Below, in pieces: positions 1-10,589 of a DNA stretch of 64,000 nt (position 1 is its first letter; each line of letters begins with the position of its first letter). The notes under the pieces were generated by a model that was not told where the DNA came from, ran no database searches, and worked only from the letters and a program-made list of their open reading frames with translations. The position numbers and the translations under genes are program-made. Source of the DNA: Octopus sinensis (Eukaryota); contig NC_043005.1 in assembly GCF_006345805.1 (NCBI RefSeq), positions 14,632,001 through 14,696,000 on the forward strand, written 5' to 3'.

Positions 1-1
1 T

Positions 2-143
2 GCGATTGGTCCTGAAGTACTGCTTCAGTGTTTGTCTAAGAAGCTGGAGTACATCCGGCTTAAAATTGACGGAAAAACCAAATTAAGTAATATTGTTTTA
101 TCTGATGATCAACATGATTATCAGATGAATACGTTGCTTATCT
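2..143 (+). CDS. Candidate partial coding exon of an unidentified plus-strand gene (AIGPEVLLQCLSKKLEYIRLKIDGKTKL...)
   Basis: Frame open from base 2 for about 47 codons in non-repetitive sequence. Possible donors: A|GTAATA (~85, phase 1, compatible with the 6692 exon) or TG|GTGACC (~143). The acceptor lies outside the window. Confidence 0.3.
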
Positions 144-364
144 GGTGACCTGTATAAGACACAAAACCATATTCGTTCCATCGTAAGCGACGTTTATACA
201 ATAACAGATTTGTGGTGACTCAGTTCTATTTGCGGTATATAAGTACGTTACTTAGATATCATTAGAACTAGAACTAATCAGTATCAGTTGTTCTTGTATA
301 GACAAAGTTGACATCAGTTGGATTTGAACTTGAAACGTAATAGACCCAAGTACAATACTAAAGA

Positions 365-700
365 GCATTTTGTCCGTGGCGTCAACAATTCTACTAAGGT
401 CGAAGAAATAAATACCAGTTGAGAACTGGGGCCGATGTAATCGACTAGAACACGCACACGAACTTTCTAGGCTTGTGCCAAAATTTGAAGCCATTATTAA
501 AAGAAGGTGAAGCTAAAACGGGTAAGTGGCAGAATCGTTAAAGCACCGAATAAAATATGTATTTTGCCCATCTTCACAGCCTGAGTTCAAATTCCGCCGA
601 GGTCACCTTTTCATTTTATCCTTTCGAGGCCGATAAAATACCAGTAAAAAAGTGTCCTATTTCCCCCTCCACAATTCCAGGCCTTGTGCCTATTGCAGAA
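365..700 (+). mobile_element. Two adjacent degenerate tRNA-derived SINE copies (family with conserved 'cctttcatcctttcggggtcgataaa' central domain)
   Basis: ggcagaatcgtt head, gagttcaaattcc B-box-like motif, ttttatcctttcgaggccgataaa core and cttgtgccaaaatttgaa tail, shared with copies at 3175, 5050, 9165, 14270, 37412 and 37940. Confidence 0.7.
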
Positions 701-766
701 AAATATTATTATCATTTTATTGGCCTCAATGAACAAGAAGTTAGCGATAAAGGATCGTAATAAAAA

Positions 767-1117
767 GCAGTGAGAGCTTGTCTGTCTGAGACCCCAATGA
801 CTGACCATGGGATTGCACTTAGAAAGTTACCCTCCCAGGCACAAGTCCGCGCAAGGTTGTTTATGGAAGATCAGCAGTCACCCATGCATAACGGCCTCCC
901 CTCTCCACACCACCAGTGTTATCCAAGGGAAAAGCAAAAGCCGATACAGCTTGGCACCCGTGACGTCGCAACTCATTTCTACAGCTGAGTGAACTGGAGC
1001 AATGTGAAAAAAAGTGTCTTGCTCAAGAACACAACAGGCAGCCCGGTCCGGGGATTCGAGCTCAGAACCTCGCGATAGTAAGCTCGACACTCTAACCACT
1101 GAGCCATGCGCCTTCAC
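767..1117 (-). mobile_element. tRNA-derived CORE-type SINE
   Basis: Minus strand reads ggcgcatggctcagtggttagag (A box), then ttgagcaagacac...tgctccagttcactcagctg CORE-like segment; related to 7748-7998. Confidence 0.75.
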
Positions 1118-2889
1118 AGTGGGAGATTATACAGGTAATAAACATATCAATAACTGGTAACAATAAAATAACAGCAAATAAAAATTCTCCAATTGAGAAG
1201 GGAGTGGAGCTACTTAAGGGAAAACCAAGGAGCATTACAGGTCACGGATTACCCTGAACACCAAGAAGTATTCTTTTTCAAATGTTATTTTTCAACCTAC
1301 ACGTGTATACTGATCTTAAGTCAGTCGGTCATGTTCATACCTACATTTTAATAAATTTACTAACAGCATCATCTTTTCTTTTCTCTAACTTCTTTCATTA
1401 AGAGAAACTCGAAAACGTCGATGAAGGCTCGATCGAAGAGGAAAGTGTCTGTTCTCAGTTTTTTCAGTGTCCTCTACCGCGAAACCTCTCTCACCACACC
1501 AACCAAAGAGAAAACTGCTAAATTTTCCCGGCTAAAGGGAGGCGGAGAAGTCCTTTTGATCGGGCATCGGTCGCTATCCCTCCCACACTCGACAAAACTG
1601 TTATACATAACTCTACATGTTAGCAACGCTCGAGTACTGAATAGGTACGTGTAGAACGATATCATTATTCTGCGTACTTCACGAACAGGCTCGGCTGATG
1701 GCTCTTTCATTCATTTAAAGTCTATCTCGAACCGGTAATGACCTCAACGCAATAGTGCTTCCAAGTTGAGGATTTTTAGAAGTTGTCTGTAGCTTCCGTG
1801 TCAATAGTTCCCCAGAACAGACTAGGCAGTTCAGTCTCGTCGACTTTCTCTGAGAACGTACTCACTCTCCTCCACAATAAGTCCTCTACAAAATGGTAAT
1901 GCAAAAGTTACTTCGACCACATCGCTCAACTGATAGAAGATTGTGAGCGCCTCATAGCATTCCACGAACTAGTTTTGGTCTTCGCTTAGTTAAGATCTAC
2001 AGTTCCTTTAAAGAGATGCGATGTAGAAAATACATCTTACTGCCCAGGAATGGGCTGCTCTTGTTGTGACCCTATGAGTTCATATTCATCTGAAGATCCG
2101 AACCGAGCCAAATCTCAAGCAACTTAACCAATTTGTCTGTCAAGCGTTCCACGACGCTGACCGGCGGCATGTCGCTTCTCCAGTTGTCGAACAACCAGCT
2201 TACCGATTTGTCAAATTTAATCTTTGTTCCTTTCTTCCTCCTCCTCTTTTAACGATGCTGGCCATTCTTACGTGGTGTCCGACACTATTTGCATGACATC
2301 GTTCTGATAATCCGATGCAATTTTCCTGCGTCTTATATCAAATACACGATGAAATGGTGTGCGATACCTCGCACGCCATTTGAGATTCAAGGATTCAGCG
2401 AAGTTGGAAACGGTAAAAAAATCTGACTTTATTCTCATTTTTATAAGATTCAGTCAAATTTATTAGGTTTCGGAATTCTCTGGTGATGCATATATTACTT
2501 CTAAATTGTAAATAAGATTATACAATGACTCTTTCCGTTCCTTGCTTCTGCGAGAGTTATACCGAGTGTAATGAAAAATATATATAGCTTTCTTATTAAC
2601 TAACACAGGTAGTTTAAATTACACATTGCATTTGTTGGTAGAATAACTCACTCTATACTAATCAACATAGTTTCCATCGCAAGCGATGCATTTGCACCAT
2701 TGTTGTAATCAACTCTCGAATCCTCTTTGAAAAAAATTCAGGTGTACACTGTTGCCAAATATGTGTGTGGCTGCACATTATCGTAGTGAATATGACTCAC
2801 TATTTGCATGCAATGACCAACCGAAAGAAGGTATAGGAATTACCTTGAATGGTTTAGTCACTCAAATCGAGCCTACAATATAAGTTGTG

Positions 2890-2931
<42 letters not shown>
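2890..2931. repeat. (TAC)14 microsatellite
   Basis: Directly visible perfect trinucleotide run. Confidence 0.95.
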
Positions 2932-3174
2932 AAAAGGAATCGTTTGAGACTTGTAGTATCAAAAAACAACAGTAGTTCTCTTGTGTGTCGTTTAATTTCT
3001 AGTCCCAGGTCGACCCTGATCGAATATGCAGTCTGATTTCAAATGTGATCCGGATAATGTACGTCTACGATAATAATATTATCCATTGCATGCTTCAATT
3101 TTAAAGCGAGTATTGTATAATAGGAATGAGATTTTCCACCAGCAGTTTCAAACAGTTCTCATCTTTACTCAAGA

Positions 3175-3360
3175 TATTATTTAGCGGCATTTCGTTTGTC
3201 TTTACGTTCTGAGTTCAAAATCCGCCGAGGTTGATTTTGCCCTTCATCCTTTCGGGGGTCGATAAAATAAGTACCAGTTGAACACTGGGGTCAATGTAAT
3301 CGACTTATCCATACGCCCCCAAAATAGCTGGCATTGTGCTAAAATTTGAAACCGTTATTA
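3175..3360 (+). mobile_element. tRNA-derived SINE
   Basis: gagttcaaaatccgccgagg B box; gcccttcatcctttcgggggtcgataaaataagtaccag core. Confidence 0.8.
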
Positions 3361-3439
3361 TAATCATTCTATCGTGTTTAACACAGCAACTTTGCAAAAG
3401 TATGTTGCTAAGTGTCAGCTGCCTTCAATCAGTCGACTA

Positions 3440-5030
3440 AAGTAATACTTTTCATGGAGATTTCGAGGACTCGGCGGAGGGTCCATTCATGTAGTTTCAA
3501 GCAACGTTGATTTCTGTAGATGCTCTGTCTTTACATGCAACCGTGTCTGTTCCATCCTGTTTGTTAGTTTTGTACTAATAGTATCCAAGAATCCAACAAC
3601 AACAGGTATAATATTCATCTGTTTCTATAACCACAAGCTTTATATTTCCCTCTTCAAATTATCATATCTGTCCTGTTTCTCTTCTCTTTCTGATACTCTG
3701 GCGTCATCAGAGCATGTAATATCTATGATTGCACAGGTTTTTATCTTCTTTATTCACAACCACTATAAGTGTCTTTCGATGTTCATTTCATGATCAGTGG
3801 ATCATTAAAAGTACTATCGGCTTTTAACTTGTTATTCTCGATTCGGGGATTTACCCTTACCACATCTTAGGGATCTTTTCGGTTTGAACGGCAGTTTTTT
3901 CTAGCGGTGTCTTATGAAATTGTCACCCATAATTATGACCCTAGTATCGATCTATTGCATTTCAATCTTTTTTAGGGTTAGGGTTAGTTAGGGTTAGGGT
4001 TAGTTAGGGTTAGGGTTAGGGTTAGGGGTGGGGGGAAGGGTATCTTTTTTTCTTCACAAATATAAATAAACCCAATCTGTTTCTTAAACGAGGGACATAT
4101 TCAAACGGCACAGGATGTTTTTTAACTCAATGATTGGTTGAAATTGCAGAAATTGAAGAAAAACAACAACAAATATCTTACAAACTATAGAATTTTCTCA
4201 ATAAAGCCAAGAGAAAAAGATGTTTTATAAACACATTCTACCAGTATACGAAGTTTAAAAGTGTTTAGTTACGTGGAAATTATTTAAAAAAAACTGCCGT
4301 TCAAACCGAAAAGATCCCATCTTAGTTCTATTCAGCCCATATTTGCCACATAGTTCGCTATGAATCATTCTTGCTACATTCCCGTCTTCTTTGGTATTTT
4401 TTTTCGAGCCAGTTTCGTACGCTCATTCACAATATGCGATACATTCTCAATTTAATCACCGCACCCCTTTCAATTGTCATCACCAGCTGTATTGTTAATC
4501 CTGCATTCAGTGTAATTTGCTTTAAGTGCTTGTTCCGGTCGACTCTCCCGCTTTCCAGAAATATTTCTCCATATATTTTTTAGACCAAACCTGTTTCGAT
4601 AGCCTTGTTAAAGCAATGAGCTGTATTCACTAAAGAACTGACTTGTGCTTCGTACTTACTATAGAGCTTGAGATCATCCATGAAAATTAGATGGTCGATT
4701 CTTTTTCTGTTTCTTTTAAAACTGATATTCAGATGTTACTTTGCTTAGCAGTAATGCTAAAAGGATCATACATAAAACAAACAGTAAAGGAGACAGACTG
4801 TCACCTTAAGTAACCCCTCTCTTGATTCTTAACGTTCCTAAGTTCTGGTCATCAGCTTTCCAACGTTCTGTCCCTTTTCTTAAAAAAACAAAACAAAATA
4901 AAAAATCTCTTGATATTCTTTGCAAACATGTTCAAACATTCAGGGATTTCATGAATGTGGTATCATGTCATATGCCTCGCAGTAATCTATCTAGGCCATT
5001 GCTAAATTTGTCTTCCTTCGCTGATAATTT
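3440..5030 (-). mobile_element. Decayed R4/Dong-like (restriction-like endonuclease) non-LTR retrotransposon, split by a MITE
   Basis: Minus-strand motifs: RT HLIFMDDLKLYS (~4660-4700), CCHC-region ENVSHIV...NVARMIHSELCGKYG (~4330-4450), RLE-region DITCSDDARVSERE...IIPVVVG (~3600-3730). Many stops and frameshifts. Confidence 0.8.
3870..4318. mobile_element. MITE with ~31-bp TIRs, 6-bp TSD (ATCTTA) and an internal TTAGGG tract
   Basis: gggatcttttcggtttgaacggcagtttttt (3870-3900) is the inverted repeat of 4288-4318; atctta at 3864-3869 and 4319-4324; TTAGGG/TTAGTTAGGG units at ~3971-4026. Confidence 0.92.
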
Positions 5031-5049
5031 TTCATCAAATTCGACAGGA

Positions 5050-5220
5050 AGTTGGCAGAATCGTTAGCACGCCGGACAAAAGCTATACCGGCATTTTTGA
5101 GTTAAAATTCTATCCAGGTCAATATTGTCTTTCATCCTTTCGAGGTCGATAAAATAAGTACCAGTTGGACATAGGGATCGAAATTGTTGGCCTGGAGTCA
5201 AAATTTGAAATCAATAATTA
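5050..5220 (+). mobile_element. tRNA-derived SINE
   Basis: ggcagaatcgttagcacgccgg head; ctttcatcctttcgaggtcgataaaataagtaccag core. Confidence 0.75.
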
Positions 5221-5464
5221 AGATTAAGACAAGTTTTGTAATTAGCAGGATGTCAAATATCTCAATCAAATAATAAATTTGACATGACCAAGACTTCTTC
5301 CATAGGGCTGCTATTCCCCGACAGTCGGGTGTTTACAGACTCTAATTGTCAATTCACTGCCAAAAGACATAACGAGACGTTGACAATAGTCTACCTGCTC
5401 AAGCACAACACTGGACTTCAATAACCCTATCGCCTCAATTCCTTCACTTTTATAGTTTCCTTAA

Positions 5465-5685
5465 CCCTTTCGTTACTGTATTTCTGTTGAGATGCTCTGT
5501 GTTTCTTTGAATTACTTTAAATATAACAAAGAATTTAAGTAAAATAGCTTAATTATCATTAAGCTAATGTTAGGAACATAAATAGTGAATAAGGTTTGAT
5601 GGAAGATTTTAATTCAAAACTAATGAAAACATGACATTTGTACTCAGAGCCAGAGCCGGTTTTAGCCGGGTTGGTAATGAAAGGG
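5465..5685. mobile_element. piggyBac-type MITE (TTAA target, CCC...GGG ends)
   Basis: TTAA|ccctttcgttac ... gtaatgaaaggg|TT; same family as the intact copy at 61878-62099, in opposite orientation. Confidence 0.8.
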
Positions 5686-5687
5686 TT

Positions 5688-5848
5688 CGTAGCTAGAGTG
5701 TGTGCTGCCCGGGGCGGCCATTCAGTTTGCCACTCCCGGGCGTCACAAAAATACGTATTGCCTACAGCAGACCCAAAGGTGGTGCCGCCCCCATAAAAGT
5801 GCCACCCGGGGTGGACCACCCTCCGCCCCCCCCCCAAGCGACGCTAGT
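5688..5848. mobile_element. GC-rich hAT-like MITE (left end truncated)
   Basis: cgtagctagagtgtgtgctgcccggggcgg ... gcgacgctagtg; related to 19134-19215, which has both cactagcg-type ends. Confidence 0.5.
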
Positions 5849-5893
5849 GCCAGAGACCTGCGTATCTTATTTCTCTCTGTCACTGCCTCTGTC

Positions 5894-5894
<1 letters not shown>

Positions 5895-5928
<34 letters not shown>

Positions 5929-5932
5929 GCCC

Positions 5933-5989
<57 letters not shown>

Positions 5990-5990
5990 T
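5895..5990. repeat. (TCTG)n + (CT)n microsatellite
   Basis: Directly visible. Confidence 0.95.
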
Positions 5991-6329
5991 CTCACCCTAT
6001 TTCACATACACGCTTTGCTAAACTGACATTGTATACATTACAATGGAATGTGATTTTTCTAAATAGTTATTAAGTACTGTCATGGATAATGTATAAAGAA
6101 AATGCAAATAAAGGATGTTCTCTCAGCCAACCGAAACCACAAAAATATTTCCAGTTCAATTTTCAACGCCCATTCGTTTCACCTATATCAATAACATCTC
6201 GATGCGGTAGCTGAATTCATTAATAATAGCAGTCAAATTTCCTTCGAACTATTCTACCATCTTAAAAATAGAAAGATACATAATGTAGTCCTATAGTCCT
6301 AGACAGAATAGACTTTGGTCTGAAATAAA

Positions 6330-6607
6330 TAGCCCGTGCTCTTAACCACTACGTCATATGGTGTGGTGGTTAAGAGCACGGGCTACAAACCCCAAGACTC
6401 CGAGTTCGATTCCAAGCAGTGACCTGAACAACAACAACAACAACAATAATAATAACATCGAAAAATATCTTATGAATGAGAACCCAGGTTAGAAATTTTC
6501 CCAAGACACCTGAAGAAGGCTGGAGGGTATACCAGCCGAAACGTTGTGTTAACAACAAACAAGATGAGGACTAATATCCGTCAAATGTAAATAATGTAAA
6601 TAATGTA
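6330..6607 (+). mobile_element. tRNA-headed SINE with an inverted duplication of its head and a hammerhead-ribozyme tail
   Basis: A-box-like gtggtggttaagagc, B box gagttcgattcc (6402-6413), (AAC)n/(AAT)n linker, hammerhead at 6505-6550, (aatgtaaat)n tail; 6330-6349 is the exact reverse complement of 6366-6385. Confidence 0.75.
6505..6550 (+). ncRNA. Minimal type-I hammerhead ribozyme motif (PLE style)
   Basis: gacac-CUGAAGA-a-ggcugg(agggUAUA)ccagcc-GAAAC-GUU-guguu: stem I gacac/guguu, 6-bp stem II, palindromic AACGUU stem III. Confidence 0.75.
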
Positions 6608-6691
6608 AGAAGCGAATACGTTGATTGAAAGATCTTTCTTGAACTGTCAAAAGTGGATAGGTGAAAAAAGATGGACTGTGCTGTATTTCAG

Positions 6692-6773
6692 AGTATTCTG
6701 TATGGGGTTTTGATGGAGTATTGGAGCACGGATGGCTGAGTCCATTGGCTACTCGGACAATCGGACCAAAGAG
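6692..6773 (+). CDS. Candidate internal coding exon (xYSVWGFDGVLEHGWLSPLATRTIGPK), product unknown
   Basis: Acceptor ctgtatttcag|, donor AAAGAG|GTATGT; 82 nt with only one open frame (phase 1 to 2); non-repetitive. Confidence 0.6.
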
Positions 6774-7288
6774 GTATGTGTATGTCGTCACCATCACTGT
6801 GTTGAGACTATAAACCCATGCATTTAACTTCCAGTTGCCTTGTCCAAGCCCTAGTTGTAAATTGTTGTCATTGTATAGCCCTAGGTTTGCCCAGATTGAA
6901 CAGCCCTATGATCAAAGACATTCCGGTCATGACCACCCTATCTTTACTTCATACGTTGTAGCCACTCTCTTTTTTTAAGGTGACAGGGTGTGACATGGGG
7001 AGATTTGGCTGCTATTTCTTGCAGGCTATGTAATCACATACAGTAGAGGCGTCAAACATGGCTGCAATCCAATTTCCTTCCACAGTTTTGTTTTCCTCTT
7101 CAATATGACCTCCAGTCTTTTAAGTCTAATGTACATCGTCCTTTTGACTTACGTCTAGCGTCCATTTTATTCTCGTAGCTCTCACGTTTTCAGTGGTCTA
7201 AGGAACTTGTAACGAACAAATGTTTAAAAAAAAAAAAAGAATTGGTCAGCTACCCTCTTGCCTGTGGGCCTGGATACACTTGATGTGT

Positions 7289-7416
<128 letters not shown>

Positions 7417-7747
7417 TTTCATTGTATAATTGAATGATAGAAAAATAACCTTAAAAATTTATTGATTTTACTAATTTTATAGCCTTATAACTTCAGAAAA
7501 TTATTGATCTGACTATTTTTTAAATTTTAAAAGTTTATTTACATAACATTAGCCATGGTTAAGATAAAAGCTAAATCACCTTAACTCACGCCAGTCAGAA
7601 CGATGTGATAAATAAAGGGAAGTAGCCACGAGGCTTTCTCTGTTCATAATTACGCAACAATGTCGGCTTACTCTAAAAGTACAAAACTACAATAATTATT
7701 ACTAAAAGTACAGTCGACTCTTAGCAATAGTTAATATATTAGTAAGT

Positions 7748-7998
7748 GGAGGCGCGTGGCTTAGTGGTTAGGGTGTCAGCATCATGATCGTAAGATTGTG
7801 GTTTCGATTCCTGGACCGGGCGACGCGTTGTGTTCTTGAGCAAAACACTTCATTTCACGTTGCTCCAGTCCACTCAGCTGGCAAAAATGAGTAACGCTGC
7901 GATGGACTGGCGTCCCATCCAGTTGGGGAACACATACGCCATAGAAACAGGGAAACCGGGCCCATGAGCCTGGCTAGGCTTTGAAAGGGCGCATTTAT
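7748..7998 (+). mobile_element. tRNA-derived CORE-type SINE
   Basis: ggcgcgtggcttagtggttaggg A box, ggtttcgattcc B box, ttgagcaaaacac...ctccagtccactcagctg core. Confidence 0.8.
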
Positions 7999-8124
7999 TT
8001 ATTTTTTAATATATTAGTAGCATCAAGTGACAAAATTAAATTTTTAAAAATAGGAGAAAATACAAATTTTTAACTAGATAAAAATTAAGCTACATGTTTA
8101 GTGCCTCGAAGCAATTCTTTTATT

Positions 8125-8270
8125 TCTTTGAGTCATTTGACTGAGGCCATGCTGGAGCACCGCCTTTAGTCGAGCAAATCGACTTATTCGTTGTAAGCCT
8201 AGTACTTATTCTATCGGTCACTCCGCTAAGTTACGGGGACGTAAACACACCAGCATCGATGTTGGGGGGA

Positions 8271-8355
<85 letters not shown>

Positions 8356-8510
8356 GATGGGCTTCTTTCAGTTTCCGTCTACCAAATCCACTCACAAGGC
8401 TTTGGTCAGCCCGAGGCTATAGTAGAAGACACTTGCCCAAAGTGCCACGCAGTGGGACTGAACCCGGAACTATGTGGTTGGTAAGCAAGCTACACAGCCA
8501 CTCCTGCGCC
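8125..8510 (-). mobile_element. tRNA-derived SINE family with internal (CA)n
   Basis: Minus head ggcgcaggagtggctgtg...ggttccgggttcagtccc; body shared with 21095, 24250, 35485 and 52255. Confidence 0.8.
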
Positions 8511-9164
8511 TTAAATGCAAGGTATTTAATTATCTGCTATAATAATAATACTCTTGTATTTTTCTCCGTCACAACATATGAATGAGAAAGGAAGGGGTGA
8601 TAGATGAATAAGGAAGGAAAGGGTGATGGCAAACTGGTAGTGGAAGGCTTTCAATTCTGTGTGAGTATGTGTGTGTATGTAAAAGGGAAGTATGTGAATG
8701 TGTGTGTGTGTCTGTGTGCGTACGGATAGTGAACATTCAACGCTGAAAAGAAAAATCAAACAGCGTTTCAACTCTGTGTGAGTATATGTGTGTATGTGTG
8801 TGTGCATGTAGAAGGGAAGTATGTGAATGTTTGCATGTGTGAACCAGCGTTCTTTCAGTAACAAACGGTGATCGATGTCACATCTCAAAAGACAACCACT
8901 AGATAACATTGACAAGTGTATTAATTTGATTTACCAAACATATTTATACAAAAAGTACTACAATTAGCTGCCATTTTTGACGGCACGGGGCCAGTTAGTA
9001 CATTGATAGTACTTTGATAAGTTGAAAGAAAGAAGAATGAAGAGAAATCGTCGTAACGTAACTGAATAATTTAATCTTCTTGTGTTTGTTTCAAAGAGTA
9101 ATTACCGAACACGTCAGCTCGAATGTTGTGACACAGCAAGAGATCTTGTTTTTTGTAAAGATGT

Positions 9165-9385
9165 GTAACATTGGTTTCAGATTTTGGCACAGGGCCAGCA
9201 GGTTCGGTGGAGTGGGTAAGTCGATCACATCGACCCTAGTGCCTAACTGGCACTTGGTTTATCGACTTCGAAAGGATGAAAGACAAAGTCGACCTCGGGG
9301 AATTTGAACTCAGAACGCAAAGAAGGACGAAACGCTGCTAAATATTTTACCCGACGTGCTAACGATTTTACCAGCTTGCTGCCCT
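9165..9385 (-). mobile_element. tRNA-derived SINE
   Basis: Reverse complement of the 3175/5050 family (gaaaggatgaaagacaaagtcgacctcgg). Confidence 0.8.
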
Positions 9386-9944
9386 AAAGGTGTGCAATGT
9401 TGTGACAGGTAAGTAGCTGTAGTTTATTTGTTGAGATAGCTATAGTCATAACGGTGAAAACGATAATGATGGTAGAGGAGGAAAGCCTTTTTTTTTAGAG
9501 TTTAAGAAAGAGCACTGGTACAATGAACCTATAATAATGTTTGTGAGAACGACTGAGCTCAAGATGACAGGTTTTACTTTATCAGAAAGAAATAAGTCTG
9601 AGGTATTTTACATAACGTTGTCTGTTTAGTGCGACAGGGCATTAGAATGTATATATGTCACTATTAGAGAGAAAAATTTTGAGAGTTGAAAGATCATTTT
9701 ATACATCGTGGGTCAGATGTGCATAATATTTAGTCAAAAGTAAATCAATTCTGATTAGAGTTGAAATCTGAGATTTATAGATCTAACAAAAAGAAAAGAA
9801 AAAAACCCCGAAAAAATTCTAGAAGGTACTCTCCGTATTTTCGCTGTCACCTCCTTTGATGTCTGCTGACGTTACACATGTCCTCCATCGAGGGGGATAG
9901 GATGCAATATATGTAAGTGGGTTAGTTAGGAAACTGCGTGAGCC

Positions 9945-10032
9945 TATGGTAACAATGAGTAACAATGTCAAATCTATGGGTAACAATGTGAAATCTATGG
10001 GTAACAATGTGAAATCTATGGGTAACAATGTC
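9945..10032. repeat. 21-bp minisatellite (aaatctatgggtaacaatgtg), ~4 copies
   Basis: Directly visible tandem units. Confidence 0.9.
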
Positions 10033-10589
10033 AAAAACTACCAACTATGATGATATTAATGAAACGTAGGTTCTAACTCAGATTTAGATGCTGTAAAATC
10101 GAATTCGGAAAGAGATCTGTTACAGGCAGTTAAGTGTGTCGTGTGGGTACCGTAAAAGTGGAAAATCTCGAACTTTTTCGTTAAAGTGAATGGAAACCCA
10201 GAATACTTGATTTGCGTGTATTATATGATTGCGGTGAAAGAATATAACACTTGAAGACATTATACAGCAGCTCATGCTTCGAGGTGTGATGAATATAGGG
10301 GAAAGTTACGTGAAGACAAATTTGAAGAGTCGGAGCATTTATTTAAAAACCAGCAAAATCAGTATTCGATATTTGAACGTAATTGTCAAGTCAAGGGTGT
10401 TCGCTATTGCAGTTAATGCAAGTTATAAAAGTTTTCGTAAAATAGCTGTGTAAGCGAAGCCGTTTCCAGAAGGGAACATTATAATGAAATTTATGTTGAT
10501 CGCAAAAGATAGTTGCCGGAAAAACCGCCACGCACTTGCAACAGTAAGCCTCAAGAAATACATTGCAGATAGAATCGGTGTGTCACAAA

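Noticed and set aside
3971-4026. TTAGGG tract as a telomere or fusion scar
   Set aside because: It lies inside a TIR- and TSD-bounded MITE.
7748-7830. tRNA genes at SINE heads (also 6360, 28191, 31800, 37412)
   Set aside because: A and B boxes are present, but no acceptor stem closes and each runs into a repeated SINE body.
9122-9407. 12-bp direct repeat aatgttgtgaca as a SINE target duplication inside an exon
   Set aside because: The repeats are ~35 and ~10 bp from the SINE ends, so they do not abut it. The nearby splice-like sites give no consistent model.
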